64,000 nt of DNA, taken from contig JBAWXZ010000005.1 of assembly GCA_037143795.1 (NCBI GenBank), positions 130,527-194,526 of the forward strand, in the 5' to 3' direction. The notes under the pieces were generated by a model. It did no database searches, was not told the origin of the DNA, and saw nothing but the letters and a program-made list of their open reading frames with translations. Of the stretch, positions 30,971-40,613 are shown piece after piece; within the stretch, counting starts at the first letter, position 1; the number at the start of each line of letters is the position of its first letter. Both the position numbers and the translations under genes were made by a program. This DNA is from Eubacteriales bacterium. Lineage in GTDB: Bacteria; Bacillota; Clostridia; Saccharofermentanales; Saccharofermentanaceae.

Positions 30971-33031
30971 ATGGATCCGATTCAACTAGGTATTATTATT
31001 GTTGTTGGTATTCTGTTTCTTTACATATTGATTTTTAAGATTCTCGGACTGCGGGTTATTAATTCCAATGAAGTTGCAGTTATCGAAAAATGGTGGAGCT
31101 TTAAAGGGTCACTGAAGGATTCCATTATCGCTCTCAACGGGGAGGCCGGTTATTCACCGCACCTTCTGCGTGGCGGTATTCATTTCAAGACTGTCCTTAT
31201 GTACAGGATACACAAATATCCGCTTATCACGATTCCGCAGGGCCAGATAGCTTATATTTTCGCTCGTGACGGCAAGCCGCTTGAGCCGAGACAGACACTC
31301 GGCAAAGTAATTCCGGAAGCGAATAACTTTCAGGATATCATCGGCTTTCTTAAGAACGGCGGACAGAGGGGCCCCCAGAGAGGAATCATCAGGGAAGGTA
31401 CATATGCGATTAACCTGGCTCAATTTATTGTAATTACAGGCACGGATATCAAGGCGATTTTTTCCGGTTCAAAGCTGGACCGCTCAGAACTTGCCAGTAT
31501 GCAGCAGACACTTTTGGCCCGTAACGGATTCAGCCCGGTAATTATCATGGGCACTGCAAACCAGGCAGCCGACATGATGGGCATAGTCACCGTTCATGAC
31601 GGTCTTTCCCTTCCTGAGGGCGAGATCATCGCCCCGTACGTCGGTGAACAGCATGCCAGTTTCCAGGATCCGGAAGCATTCCTTGCACTGGAAGGCAGAC
31701 GCGGTAAGCAGATCCAGGTACTTATAGACGGAACATATTACATTAACCGTCTTTTTGCCACCGTGGAATTCCGCCCGAAGACTGTTGTTCCTATTGGATT
31801 TGTCGGTGTTGTCGTTTCTTTCTTCGGTAAAGAAGGCGTCGATACGACAGGGGTTGATTACAAACATGGCGAACTTGTTGCCAACGGCTGCAAGGGTGTT
31901 CTTGAGAAGCCCCTCATGCCCGGCAAGTATGCATTCAATACCGATGCAGGCAAGGTAGTCCTGGTTCCTACGACCAATATCATCCTGAAATGGAACAAGT
32001 CCGAGATGGGCGACCATAAGTACGATGAGAATCTGACGGAAGTCGATATCATCACCAAAGATGCATTCGAGCCGGCACTTCCACTTTCGGTTGTTATGCA
32101 TATCGATTATAAGCAGGCACCATGGGTCATCCAGCGTTTCGGCGATATCAACATGCTGGTTAACCAGTCCCTTGATCCTCTTGTAAGCGCATACTTCAAA
32201 GATGTCGCGCAGACAAAGACGATCATCGAGCTGATTCAGGAGCGCAGTGCCATCCGTGAAAGAGCTGTTGAAGAAATGCGTACGAAGTTTCAGAAGTACA
32301 ATCTGCAGCTTGAGGAAGTACTGATCGGTACACCGAAACCGGCAAGCGGGGATACACAGATTGAGATTATCCTGATGCAGCTTCGTGAGAGACAGATTGC
32401 TGAAGAGAAAAAGGTTACCTACGGTAAACAGCAGTCTGCAGCAGAGAGTGAAAAATCATTGCGTGAGGCTGAGGCAACCGCAATGCAGCAGAGCTTCCTG
32501 ACCAAATCCAAGATCCAGATCGAAATCGAAGGCAACGCCGGTGCCGCCCTTGCAAGTAAAGCAGAGCAGGAAGCCAACCAGATTATCGCCCTTGCCAGAG
32601 CTAACAACACCCGTATTCGTCTCGAAGGTGAGGCGGAAGCTTCCAAGGAGTCGAACGTAGGCCTTGCAAAAGCACAGGCTATCGATGCACAGGTCAAAGC
32701 ATACGGCGGAGCGGAATTCCGGATTATTCAGGAAGTCACCGACAAGCTGTCCGATGCAATCAAGAATACGAAAGTTGATATTGTTCCGAAAACGGTTGTC
32801 AACATGGGCGGCGGCTCAGACGAATCCGGTAACGGCGGAACGGGAACGGTTCTTGATGCTCTTCTGAAGTTCATCACATTGGAGAAGTTTGGTGTTTCCA
32901 TTGCCGACATTAATAAAGCAGCTGAGACGAAAAAATCAGAAGGAATCGCAGCCCCTGCTGCCCCGACGGAAGCTGCCGTTCCTGCGCCTTCCGCAACAAA
33001 GGAACCGACTGCTCCTGCCGCAGGCAAATAA
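30971..33031 (+). CDS. Flotillin-family (SPFH/band-7) membrane-scaffold protein
   Basis: An N-terminal TM, an SPFH domain, then long Ala/Glu/Gln-rich coiled coils (EAEATAMQQSFLTKSKIQIEIEGNAGAALASKAEQEANQIIALARANN) typical of FloT/YuaG-like flotillins. Confidence 0.8.
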   Translation: MDPIQLGIIIVVGILFLYILIFKILGLRVINSNEVAVIEKWWSFKGSLKDSIIALNGEAGYSPHLLRGGIHFKTVLMYRIHKYPLITIPQGQIAYIFARDGKPLEPRQTLGKVIPEANNFQDIIGFLKNGGQRGPQRGIIREGTYAINLAQFIVITGTDIKAIFSGSKLDRSELASMQQTLLARNGFSPVIIMGTANQAADMMGIVTVHDGLSLPEGEIIAPYVGEQHASFQDPEAFLALEGRRGKQIQVLIDGTYYINRLFATVEFRPKTVVPIGFVGVVVSFFGKEGVDTTGVDYKHGELVANGCKGVLEKPLMPGKYAFNTDAGKVVLVPTTNIILKWNKSEMGDHKYDENLTEVDIITKDAFEPALPLSVVMHIDYKQAPWVIQRFGDINMLVNQSLDPLVSAYFKDVAQTKTIIELIQERSAIRERAVEEMRTKFQKYNLQLEEVLIGTPKPASGDTQIEIILMQLRERQIAEEKKVTYGKQQSAAESEKSLREAEATAMQQSFLTKSKIQIEIEGNAGAALASKAEQEANQIIALARANNTRIRLEGEAEASKESNVGLAKAQAIDAQVKAYGGAEFRIIQEVTDKLSDAIKNTKVDIVPKTVVNMGGGSDESGNGGTGTVLDALLKFITLEKFGVSIADINKAAETKKSEGIAAPAAPTEAAVPAPSATKEPTAPAAGK

Positions 33032-33056
33032 CATTATTGTATCTGAATGAACATGC

Positions 33057-33106
33057 AAAAGAGGCTGTCCGATGTGGTTTGACCACAGAGGACAGCCTCT
33101 TTATTG
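33057..33106. terminator. Bidirectional rho-independent terminator between flotillin (+) and the marR-gpx operon (-)
   Basis: Stem AAAGAGGCTGTCC / GGACAGCCTCTTT with a palindromic inner GTGGTTTGACCAC. A/T runs lie on both flanks. Confidence 0.7.
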
Positions 33107-33133
33107 TTTGCATTACATATGACAGAGTGACTC

Positions 33134-33577
33134 TCACCCGTTTCGAAGCACCTGATTCTTCAGGAGGGTATCCAGCAGTTCTTTGAGCTTACCGGCTTCC
33201 ATGGACGTCATACCGAGCTGACAGAACATTTTTTGAGGGAGATCCAGAAAAGCCTTCTGCAGCTCCAGCCCGGCCTTAGTCAACGATACAATGACTGTGC
33301 GCTCGTCGTTTTTGCTGCGGTCGCGCGTCAGGATCCCGGCAGCCTCAAGTTTCTTGAGAAGAGGGGTCAGGGTACCGGAATCAAGATGCAATTTATTGCC
33401 CAGATCCGACACGGTAATATGATCTTCTTCCCAAAGGACAAGAAGCACAATGTACTGCGTATATGTAAGTCCATAAGCAGAGAGGAACGGCTTATACAAA
33501 CGGATAACTTCCTTCGAACCCGCATACAGCGCAAAGCATAACTGCTTATCCAGGTGAAGCGTACCGGGATTGTCCAT
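33134..33577 (-). CDS. MarR-family transcriptional regulator (OhrR-like, with an N-terminal redox Cys)
   Basis: MDNPGTLHLDKQLCFALY... carries a Cys ~15 residues from the N-terminus, as in OhrR. The winged-HTH core is DLGNKLHLDSGTLTPLLKKLEAAGIL. The internal ATG is used (the ORF track starts 42 codons earlier). Confidence 0.7.
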   Translation of the reverse strand: MDNPGTLHLDKQLCFALYAGSKEVIRLYKPFLSAYGLTYTQYIVLLVLWEEDHITVSDLGNKLHLDSGTLTPLLKKLEAAGILTRDRSKNDERTVIVSLTKAGLELQKAFLDLPQKMFCQLGMTSMEAGKLKELLDTLLKNQVLRNG

Positions 33578-33578
33578 T

Positions 33579-34121
33579 TTAAAGGCACCCCTCAATGGCA
33601 GAAGCCAAATTTTCAGGCACAACAGGCGGTTCAAAACGTCCGACGATTTTACCTTCGCGATCGAGCAGAAACTTAGTGAAATTCCATTTGATTGAACTGT
33701 CATGGAAAGACTTGCCGTACATTGCTTTGAGCATTGTCTCGAAAGCTATGTTTTTAAGACCGGATCCCATCCCGTCAAACGTAGTATTTTCTGTCAGATA
33801 TTTGTAGATCGGATCAGCATCTTCTCCGCGGACGTTGATTTTGGCTGACAGCGGGAAAGTTACACCGAAACGAAATTTGCAGAACTCCTGAACTTCTTCA
33901 TCAGTGCCGGGCTCCTGTTCTTTGAACTGATTGCAGGGGAAACCCAGAACAACAAGACCTTTATCGCCGTATGTCTCATACAGCTTTTCAAGACCTTCAT
34001 ATTGCGGAGTGAAACCGCATTTGCTGGCAGTATTAACAATGAGAAGTACTTTGCCTTTGTAATCGGATAGTGAGACCGGGTCTCCTTCAATGGAGGTATA
34101 GGTATAATCATATATAGACAT
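33579..34121 (-). CDS. gpx: Glutathione peroxidase
   Basis: LLIVNTASKCGFTPQYEGL... GFPCNQFKEQEP..., with the catalytic Cys and WNF triad. 180 aa. Confidence 0.9.
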   Translation of the reverse strand: MSIYDYTYTSIEGDPVSLSDYKGKVLLIVNTASKCGFTPQYEGLEKLYETYGDKGLVVLGFPCNQFKEQEPGTDEEVQEFCKFRFGVTFPLSAKINVRGEDADPIYKYLTENTTFDGMGSGLKNIAFETMLKAMYGKSFHDSSIKWNFTKFLLDREGKIVGRFEPPVVPENLASAIEGCL

Positions 34122-34339
34122 AATATTTTCTCCTCTCGATGTTCCGGATGAAATAGATTTTGTACAATTTAATTTTATACCACTTTTGCGGCATGGTCAA
34201 TGCCTGGCTGCTATAAGAATAGATTTTGTTATTGACATATGTTAAAATCAACAATAATCAGATTGGGCTCTTTTAATTAAACAGAAATCGGAAACAGCTT
34301 CCCGACCGGAAATTGCGGTGAAGGATAAAGGGGGACAAA

Positions 34340-34897
34340 ATGAATACTGATGCAGCAATAATCAATGAAGTAGTTCTCAAAAACGGGCAGGGCATGATTG
34401 TAAGAAGACCAGTACCTTCAGATGCCCGTAACATGATCGACTATCTGAATACCGTCGGCGGGGAAAGTGACAATCTTCTTTTCAGTAAAAATGAATTTGA
34501 GCTTACCGTTGAGCAGGAAAGTGCACATATTGTGAAAGTCAATTCTGATCCGAATATGTTTATGATTATTGGCACAGTAAATGGCACGATAATCAGTGCA
34601 GCACAAATAAACAGTCCCGCAAGGAAAAAAATAGCCCATAACAGCGAAGTCGGAATTTCGGTCAGGAAAGAATATTGGGGAAAAGGTGTCGGAACAGCGA
34701 TTATGGGAGAATTAATCAGGCATGCCAGTGAACGCGGAACAATCAGGAATATCAGCCTTGGTGTAAAAGCGGGCAACAGTAATGCGATCGCCCTTTATGA
34801 GAAATACGGATTTGTAAAAATCGGTATTCACAGGGACTACTTCAATATAGACGGAAATTATGACGATGAGATACTGATGGACCTTTATCTTAATTGA
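34340..34897 (+). CDS. GNAT family N-acetyltransferase
   Basis: VRKEYWGKGVGTAIMGELI is an acetyl-CoA loop. AAGGGGGA RBS. Confidence 0.7.
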   Translation: MNTDAAIINEVVLKNGQGMIVRRPVPSDARNMIDYLNTVGGESDNLLFSKNEFELTVEQESAHIVKVNSDPNMFMIIGTVNGTIISAAQINSPARKKIAHNSEVGISVRKEYWGKGVGTAIMGELIRHASERGTIRNISLGVKAGNSNAIALYEKYGFVKIGIHRDYFNIDGNYDDEILMDLYLN

Positions 34898-34926
34898 TGT
34901 TTTTGCCATCCTGCAATTATTTATTT

Positions 34927-35043
34927 GCAGAGAATTCCAATACCCTTCGAAGCTCCTTCCGCAGGCGAAGCCGAGGACCTGGAGCAGAGAAGGATATTGG
35001 AATTATCCCGACCGGGAGCAGAGAAGGGTATTGGAATTCTCTG
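34927..35043. repeat. MITE-like composite repeat: ~20-bp terminal inverted repeats flanking two tandem ~35-bp direct repeats
   Basis: GCAGAGAATTCCAATACCCTT (34927-47) is the reverse complement of AAGGGTATTGGAATTCTCTG (35024-43). Two direct copies of CCGA..GGAGCAGAGAAGG(A/G)TATTGGAATT(A/C)TC sit at ~34972-35006 and 35007-35041. Confidence 0.55.
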
Positions 35044-35132
35044 TTGACATGGACAAAAAATACTCGCAGAATGACACTGTACCCTTAGCGGGTATGATGA
35101 CATATTTTACAAAGATTGTGAGGAAGAAATAT

Positions 35133-35363
35133 ATGAAAAGAATAATTGCAATTGAAGGTATGACCTGCGGACATTGCCAGGCAAGAGTAGAAAAAGCCCT
35201 TAACTCCGTTGAAGGTGTGAAAGCTAAAGTTGACTTGAAGAAGAATTCTGCGACTGTCGAGGCCGACGGTACGGTATCGGATGATTTACTTAAAAAAACA
35301 GTTGAAGTAGCGGGGTATACCGTCACATCCATCGAAGAAAAGAAGGGATTTCTCGGCAGATAA
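35133..35363 (+). CDS. copZ: Copper chaperone CopZ (heavy-metal-associated domain)
   Basis: MKRIIAIEGMTCGHCQARVEKAL carries the GMTCxxC HMA motif. 76 aa. GAGGAAG RBS. Confidence 0.85.
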   Translation: MKRIIAIEGMTCGHCQARVEKALNSVEGVKAKVDLKKNSATVEADGTVSDDLLKKTVEVAGYTVTSIEEKKGFLGR

Positions 35364-35391
35364 TATCTGATCCGGGACGGAAATCAATTGA

Positions 35392-36273
35392 ATGGATAAA
35401 ATAAGGTCCGTAAATATTGCCTATTTTACAGGAACAGGCGGTACGCGCAAAGCGGCAGTGTATTTTGCTGAGTCGTGCAGGAACAGAGGCCTTTCCGTCG
35501 AAGTTATTCAGATTCGGGCAGGATCCCGGATGCCCGCAAAGGCTGATCTGCTGGTTCTTTTTTACGCTGTTTATGCCTTCAGTTCACCGGGGCCTGTTTA
35601 TCCGTGGATCGCCTCTCTTCCTGACGGCGAAGGTGCGCCGGCAGCGGTTGTCTCCGTATCCGGAGGAGGAGAGGAATCCCCCAACACTGCCTGCCGTACA
35701 GGTGCGATCCGCCGCCTGCAGCGCAAGGGGTATTCTGTTCATTATGAAGACATGCTGATCATGCCCTCAAATGCAATTGCCGCTACAGAGGAGGCAATAT
35801 CAATTGAACTAATGCGAATCCTTCCATCAAAGGTTGATGCGATTGCGGAGCATATCTTTGCAGGCCAAATACGCCGGACGAAGCCGGCGTTTTTTGACCG
35901 TGCATTTTCAGTGGGTGGTCGTATGGAAATATATGGTGCCCGCCTTTTCGGAAGACATATCCGTGCTGCAGAAAGCTGTAATGGCTGTGAGTGGTGTGCC
36001 AAAGGATGCCCGACAGGAAATATTATGATGAAGGAAGGCCGCCCGGTCTTTGGCAAAAAATGCATACTTTGTACGCGCTGTATGTATGGCTGCCCGCAAA
36101 AATCATTATCGCCGGCATTTTTCAAGTCATTCCTCTTAAAGGATGGATTCAGCATCCCTGAACTTGAAAAAAAGCTTGCGGTTACGCCGCCCGTGTCAGT
36201 TTCGGAACTGCCTGTGAGCGGTCTTTCAAAAGCAATTGAGGATTATTTGAAAAACATCAGAAGCGAAATCTGA
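35392..36273 (+). CDS. Flavodoxin-like domain fused to a 2x[4Fe-4S] ferredoxin domain (EFR-type iron-sulfur flavoprotein)
   Basis: N-terminal flavodoxin-like (VNIAYFTGTGGTRKAA). The C-terminus has CNGCEWCAKGCP and CILCTRCMYGCP, i.e. two CxxCxxCxxxCP clusters. Confidence 0.65.
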   Translation: MDKIRSVNIAYFTGTGGTRKAAVYFAESCRNRGLSVEVIQIRAGSRMPAKADLLVLFYAVYAFSSPGPVYPWIASLPDGEGAPAAVVSVSGGGEESPNTACRTGAIRRLQRKGYSVHYEDMLIMPSNAIAATEEAISIELMRILPSKVDAIAEHIFAGQIRRTKPAFFDRAFSVGGRMEIYGARLFGRHIRAAESCNGCEWCAKGCPTGNIMMKEGRPVFGKKCILCTRCMYGCPQKSLSPAFFKSFLLKDGFSIPELEKKLAVTPPVSVSELPVSGLSKAIEDYLKNIRSEI

Positions 36274-36321
36274 ATCAGGTCATCAGTACGGATCAGATGG
36301 CTCGGAAGTGACATGACTCTG

Positions 36322-37050
36322 TCAGGGATTCGGATCTGTCCAAAGAAGATCGTTCTGAATTGTATTGCTGGTTTTTGCAGTGATGCGTTTCTTGATTTCT
36401 TCAGCAGTGATTTCAAGGTGCCGGCGCATAAACAGTGATGCCAGTTGTGCGTCGCCTTCCTTAATATATTTCAAAATCAAAGGGTGGTATTCAAGTGCAA
36501 TATGCGGTCCCAGAAACTGGTACAGGTATTGCTGGTGCTTAATAAGATAGTCGGCGACAAAATTATTGATTTTCAAAATGAAAGGGTTTTTTGTGCCTTC
36601 TGCAATTATGCGGTGAAATTCAAAATCGTAAAGGAAAAATTTTTCGGGATCGTTGATAGATTCGAGCATTTTTTGATAGCAACGGTCTAAATCGGCAATA
36701 TCTTCAGCGGTTGCACTTTCCAGAAAATATACTACATTGGATGAATCAAACTGGATGCGGAAACGGATAATATTATATAAGTCACTGTCAGTCAGCGTAT
36801 ATGTCGGCACGGTTAATAAGGCTATCAGATTGGTATCCAGGACATATGTGCCGGAACCCTGAACCTTACGGACTACGGATAGTGTAACAAGTTTGTCAAT
36901 TGCCTGCCGGACGGCAACGCGGCTGATGCCCAAATCCTGCGACAGTTTTTGCTCTGTCCAGATTCGGTCATTTGGTTTCCATTCTTTGCTCCTGATTTTT
37001 TCACATATGAAATCGTAAACGATTTTTGTGGCGTTATTTTGATAAGCCAT
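36322..37050 (-). CDS. GntR-family transcriptional regulator (FadR/FCD subfamily)
   Basis: N-terminal GntR wHTH (LSQDLGISRVAVRQAIDKLVTLSVVRKVQGSGTYV) and a helical FCD C-domain. Confidence 0.8.
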   Translation of the reverse strand: MAYQNNATKIVYDFICEKIRSKEWKPNDRIWTEQKLSQDLGISRVAVRQAIDKLVTLSVVRKVQGSGTYVLDTNLIALLTVPTYTLTDSDLYNIIRFRIQFDSSNVVYFLESATAEDIADLDRCYQKMLESINDPEKFFLYDFEFHRIIAEGTKNPFILKINNFVADYLIKHQQYLYQFLGPHIALEYHPLILKYIKEGDAQLASLFMRRHLEITAEEIKKRITAKTSNTIQNDLLWTDPNP

Positions 37051-37214
37051 AAAGATACCACCTGTACTTTTCTTTTTGTAATATGAATCCGAAAAAGCGG
37101 TCTTAATAGAAAACACAAATCAATGCAAAGAACATCGAATTTTTTATTATTATAGCACAAAGAGATGAATGCTATTATGCCGCAGCCGGATTCCCGGCGA
37201 TATCGGGAACAGGA

Positions 37215-37850
37215 TTAAAATTCAATAGCCAGCGCCCTGACCGGAAATCCGTCTGCCTCGGCAAGAGGGATAGGTGCGGCGCTGAAGAAAACGATATCGG
37301 AGGGCAGTGACGACAGATTGGTCAGAGATTCTATAATAGCAGTGCCGTTGGACAGGAATGTTTTATGGACTTCAATATACTTTTCCGGATTCAGGGACGG
37401 AGCCTCAACACCGATCAATTCAAGGCCCAGTGATACGAGCCAGTCAGCCAGCTCTTCTGTGATGATGGGGTAATCCGTATAGAATTCAGGTTCTCCTGCA
37501 TAATTAGACCAGTTGGTGTGAAGCAGGAGCTTTTTGTACTTCCGGATTCTGTCTTCGTATGGCAGTAAGTCTGACACGTCAATTTTGTCAAAAGCCTGTT
37601 TCTGCGTGCAGTCAGCAACAACAGTATACCCAATATACTTTTCCAGGGGTACTGCGTCCAGACAGCTGCCCTCCTCTAAAAAATGGCGCGGCGCGTCGGT
37701 ATGCGTTCCTGCGTGGCTGTTGATTGAAGCAATCCCGAGATTGTAATGGTCCTTTTCGATGGTGTGCGACAGATTGTAATCCATTTCCGGCGTACCCGGA
37801 AAAACGGAACCGTGAACTGACAGCCGAAGTGTCAAATCATAAATCTTCAT
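37215..37850 (-). CDS. Cyclase-family protein (kynurenine-formamidase/arylformamidase-like metal hydrolase)
   Basis: HAGTHTDAPRHF is the characteristic HxGTHxDxPxH cyclase-family motif. Confidence 0.75.
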   Translation of the reverse strand: MKIYDLTLRLSVHGSVFPGTPEMDYNLSHTIEKDHYNLGIASINSHAGTHTDAPRHFLEEGSCLDAVPLEKYIGYTVVADCTQKQAFDKIDVSDLLPYEDRIRKYKKLLLHTNWSNYAGEPEFYTDYPIITEELADWLVSLGLELIGVEAPSLNPEKYIEVHKTFLSNGTAIIESLTNLSSLPSDIVFFSAAPIPLAEADGFPVRALAIEF

Positions 37851-37866
37851 GTGTAGGATCCTCCTG

Positions 37867-38523
37867 TTATATCAGCTTGCTGCAGAATTCTCTTGCCCGT
37901 CTGGTTATTTCTTCGAATTTCCCGCTTCCGGTCAGTTTTGCACTTACCAGATTACCACCGATGCCGACGCATTTTACACCGGCAGCTAAAAATTCGCACA
38001 TATTGTCGACGGTCACTCCGCCGACTGCGGCCATCGGGATATGTGACAGGGGCGCGAAAACCGATTTTATATAACCTGCGCCTAAATCACCGGCAGGAAA
38101 AACTTTCACGATGTCAGCTCCCATATTACGCGCAGCAACTATTTCGGTTGGCGAAAAAGCGCCTGGCATCGAGATTTTCCCGAGCTTTTTTGTGCGTAAA
38201 ATGACTGATTCATCCGTGTTTGGTGAAATAATATATTCTGCACCGGCACGGACTGCGTCTTCGACGGACTTGACATCCAGGACTGTACCGGCGCCAAGAT
38301 TGATTCTGCTGCCAAATTTAGCTGAAACAATCTGCAGGTTCTGCAGTGTAGTATTGTAGCCTTCATCACAACTGTAATCGAACGTTATTTCCACATTCCG
38401 GATGCCGCCCGCAAGAAGTGATTCCATTGTGTCGGCAATGTGTTCGGTCCGGACACCCCGGACAATGGCGATTATTTTATCAGATAGAATTGAATCGTAG
38501 ACTTCCTTGTTCATATAAATCAC
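37867..38523 (-). CDS. eda: KDPG / 2-dehydro-3-deoxy-6-phosphogalactonate aldolase (Eda/DgoA family)
   Basis: IIAIVRGV...NVEITF... Class I aldolase TIM barrel with a Lys-containing region (GAGYIKSVFAPL... VGGV). Confidence 0.8.
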   Translation of the reverse strand: MIYMNKEVYDSILSDKIIAIVRGVRTEHIADTMESLLAGGIRNVEITFDYSCDEGYNTTLQNLQIVSAKFGSRINLGAGTVLDVKSVEDAVRAGAEYIISPNTDESVILRTKKLGKISMPGAFSPTEIVAARNMGADIVKVFPAGDLGAGYIKSVFAPLSHIPMAAVGGVTVDNMCEFLAAGVKCVGIGGNLVSAKLTGSGKFEEITRRAREFCSKLI

Positions 38524-39201
38524 CTATATCCTTCCGAATTTAGCCAGCAGCTGTTCAAATGTCGCTCCGTTCAAAATTTCCTTTCGGGATGCTATTTCCA
38601 GGTCGGCCTGCCTGCGTGCTTTTATATAGACACTCTCGAGATCAGCATATGGGACGACAGAAACGCCGATTTCGTCGGCAATAATCAAGTCCCCCGGGTT
38701 TACAATAATTCCGCCGCAAACTATGGGAGTATTGATTTCGATTGGCTCTTTTCTGCCGGAAGTGGCAGTATGGGCTGCCCGCGGTCCGGATACTTTGGCA
38801 GTGACCGGGAATCCGAGCATCCTTGCTTCGTCCGTATCACGGCAGCTGCCATCAATTACAGCGCCTGCAATGCCGCCGTTTCGCGCAAGTCCCGACATCA
38901 GTCCTCCCCAGATGGATGTTTCCATCTCGCCGAATGCATCGATTACGATGACGTCGCCAGGTTTTGCAACATTGAAAACTTCGAGGCAGTCAACAATATC
39001 GCCGGCTGTCAGCTTTACAGTTATGGCAGGTCCGATTATAACTTTGTCGGCTGCCTTGGGCTTCATGTAAGTGCGCATTGTGTTATCGCGTTCCATCGAA
39101 TCACTGATAACGCAGGATAATGATAAGACGTCCGACATATCCCGGAACGGCTTGATTTTGGCTTCGTCGATTTCTGGTCTGGGTTCGATAATTTTTTTCA
39201 T
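38524..39201 (-). CDS. RraA-family protein (4-hydroxy-4-methyl-2-oxoglutarate aldolase / oxaloacetate decarboxylase-like)
   Basis: GDVIVIDAFGEMETSIWGGLMSGLARNGGIAGAVIDGSCRD matches the RraA/MenG-like swivel fold. Confidence 0.7.
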   Translation of the reverse strand: MKKIIEPRPEIDEAKIKPFRDMSDVLSLSCVISDSMERDNTMRTYMKPKAADKVIIGPAITVKLTAGDIVDCLEVFNVAKPGDVIVIDAFGEMETSIWGGLMSGLARNGGIAGAVIDGSCRDTDEARMLGFPVTAKVSGPRAAHTATSGRKEPIEINTPIVCGGIIVNPGDLIIADEIGVSVVPYADLESVYIKARRQADLEIASRKEILNGATFEQLLAKFGRI

Positions 39202-39219
39202 TGATTTGCTCCTTATATC

Positions 39220-40209
39220 CTATATCGATCTCGGTCTGACGATGTCAGCCGGCTTTTGGCCGAGTAAAACGGCTTTTACATTGTTCGATGCAACGTGACG
39301 GCATTCCTCCAGGGATTGCTTGCTGCAATATGCTGTGTGCGGAGTGAAAAAACAATTATCCAGGGAAAACAGCGGATTGTTGTCGGGACTCCAGTTTTTG
39401 GATTTCATCGGCTCTTCTTCAGGATCGTCAAGGGCTGCGGCTACAATCCATCCTTCTTTCAAAGCTGTGTATAAAGCTTTGTTATCGATGCATTTCCCTC
39501 TCGAGACGCCGACAAGGTAGGATTCATTGTTCATAAGCTTCAACATTTCTGCGTTCACGATGTGATGTGTTTCTGCCGTATAAGGACAAAGCACGCAAAC
39601 TACATTTGAAGTGGCGAACAGTTCCGCGGCTGTTACTTTAACAACACCGTGGCTTCGCATACAACCTTCTGAGACATATGGATCGGAACTGACGATATCA
39701 AATCCAAAGGCATGCAGTTTTCCGGCAAGATTCTGTGCAATACGCCCGAACCCGAGCAATCCGAATCGGGCACCTCTGAATCTGGGCAATGGTGCACGCC
39801 AATCCTGCCACTGATAACTTCCTTCATGAATTTTCTGATTATAAAACGGTAGATTCCGCATCAGCATGAATGCATCGCTTATGGCGTGATCGGCTACCTC
39901 ATCAAGACAATAGTCCGGCACATTGGTAACGAGTATCCCATGCTCCTGTGCGGCTGCAACATCAACAATATCGACACCGATACCGTATCGGGCGATTACT
40001 TTACAATTCTTCAGTTGATCAATGACATTTCTGGTTATACGGGCGTATTGCTGAAGGATCGCGTCCGCGTCGGCGGCAAGTTCCCCGAGATTTTCCCCTG
40101 AATTGCAGCTTAGTCCGATTACCTCGGCCCCTATTGGTTCAAGGATACTTTTTTCAATTGATAAGTCAGGATAGTCAAAATCACTGACATATACTTTGAA
40201 TTTCGACAT
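39220..40209 (-). CDS. D-isomer-specific 2-hydroxyacid dehydrogenase (NAD-binding)
   Basis: GLLGFGRIAQNLAGKL Rossmann motif, with the catalytic RGKCIDNKAL...H region. Confidence 0.8.
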   Translation of the reverse strand: MSKFKVYVSDFDYPDLSIEKSILEPIGAEVIGLSCNSGENLGELAADADAILQQYARITRNVIDQLKNCKVIARYGIGVDIVDVAAAQEHGILVTNVPDYCLDEVADHAISDAFMLMRNLPFYNQKIHEGSYQWQDWRAPLPRFRGARFGLLGFGRIAQNLAGKLHAFGFDIVSSDPYVSEGCMRSHGVVKVTAAELFATSNVVCVLCPYTAETHHIVNAEMLKLMNNESYLVGVSRGKCIDNKALYTALKEGWIVAAALDDPEEEPMKSKNWSPDNNPLFSLDNCFFTPHTAYCSKQSLEECRHVASNNVKAVLLGQKPADIVRPRSI

Positions 40210-40613
40210 ACTATTTACCTCTTTTCTGTTTTGTGCTCCTGATATCCTAATTTGTATTATGAATTTTAACCTCTGGAACGATAGGTGTCAATGGGTTTGT
40301 ACAAAAAGTACACAAATTATCAAATATTTAAGAAAAATGCAGCAAATAGCATAAAATATTTTGCTAATAGGTAAGATGAATGGTGGATGAATTTAAGATG
40401 AATATATGCAAAGTGTACAATAAAAACAAATATTGTTATGCATTTTGACTGCACCTTTGGTTATATTTAACGAATATTTTGTCCTTTATTTGTTCCATAT
40501 GTCAATTGATAAGACAACTTGCGGGGCATACAATCGTTTCGTAAGCACGAATGCCTTTCGTATATAGGAAAGTGCGGTTGTTTTGGAATAATACAAACCG
40601 CTGAGGAGACATA

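Noticed and set aside
34972-35041. Possible CRISPR array (two ~35-bp direct repeats)
   Set aside because: There are only two imperfect copies, with essentially no spacers between them, and they are flanked by an inverted copy. This fits a MITE or regulatory repeat, not CRISPR. No cas genes are nearby.
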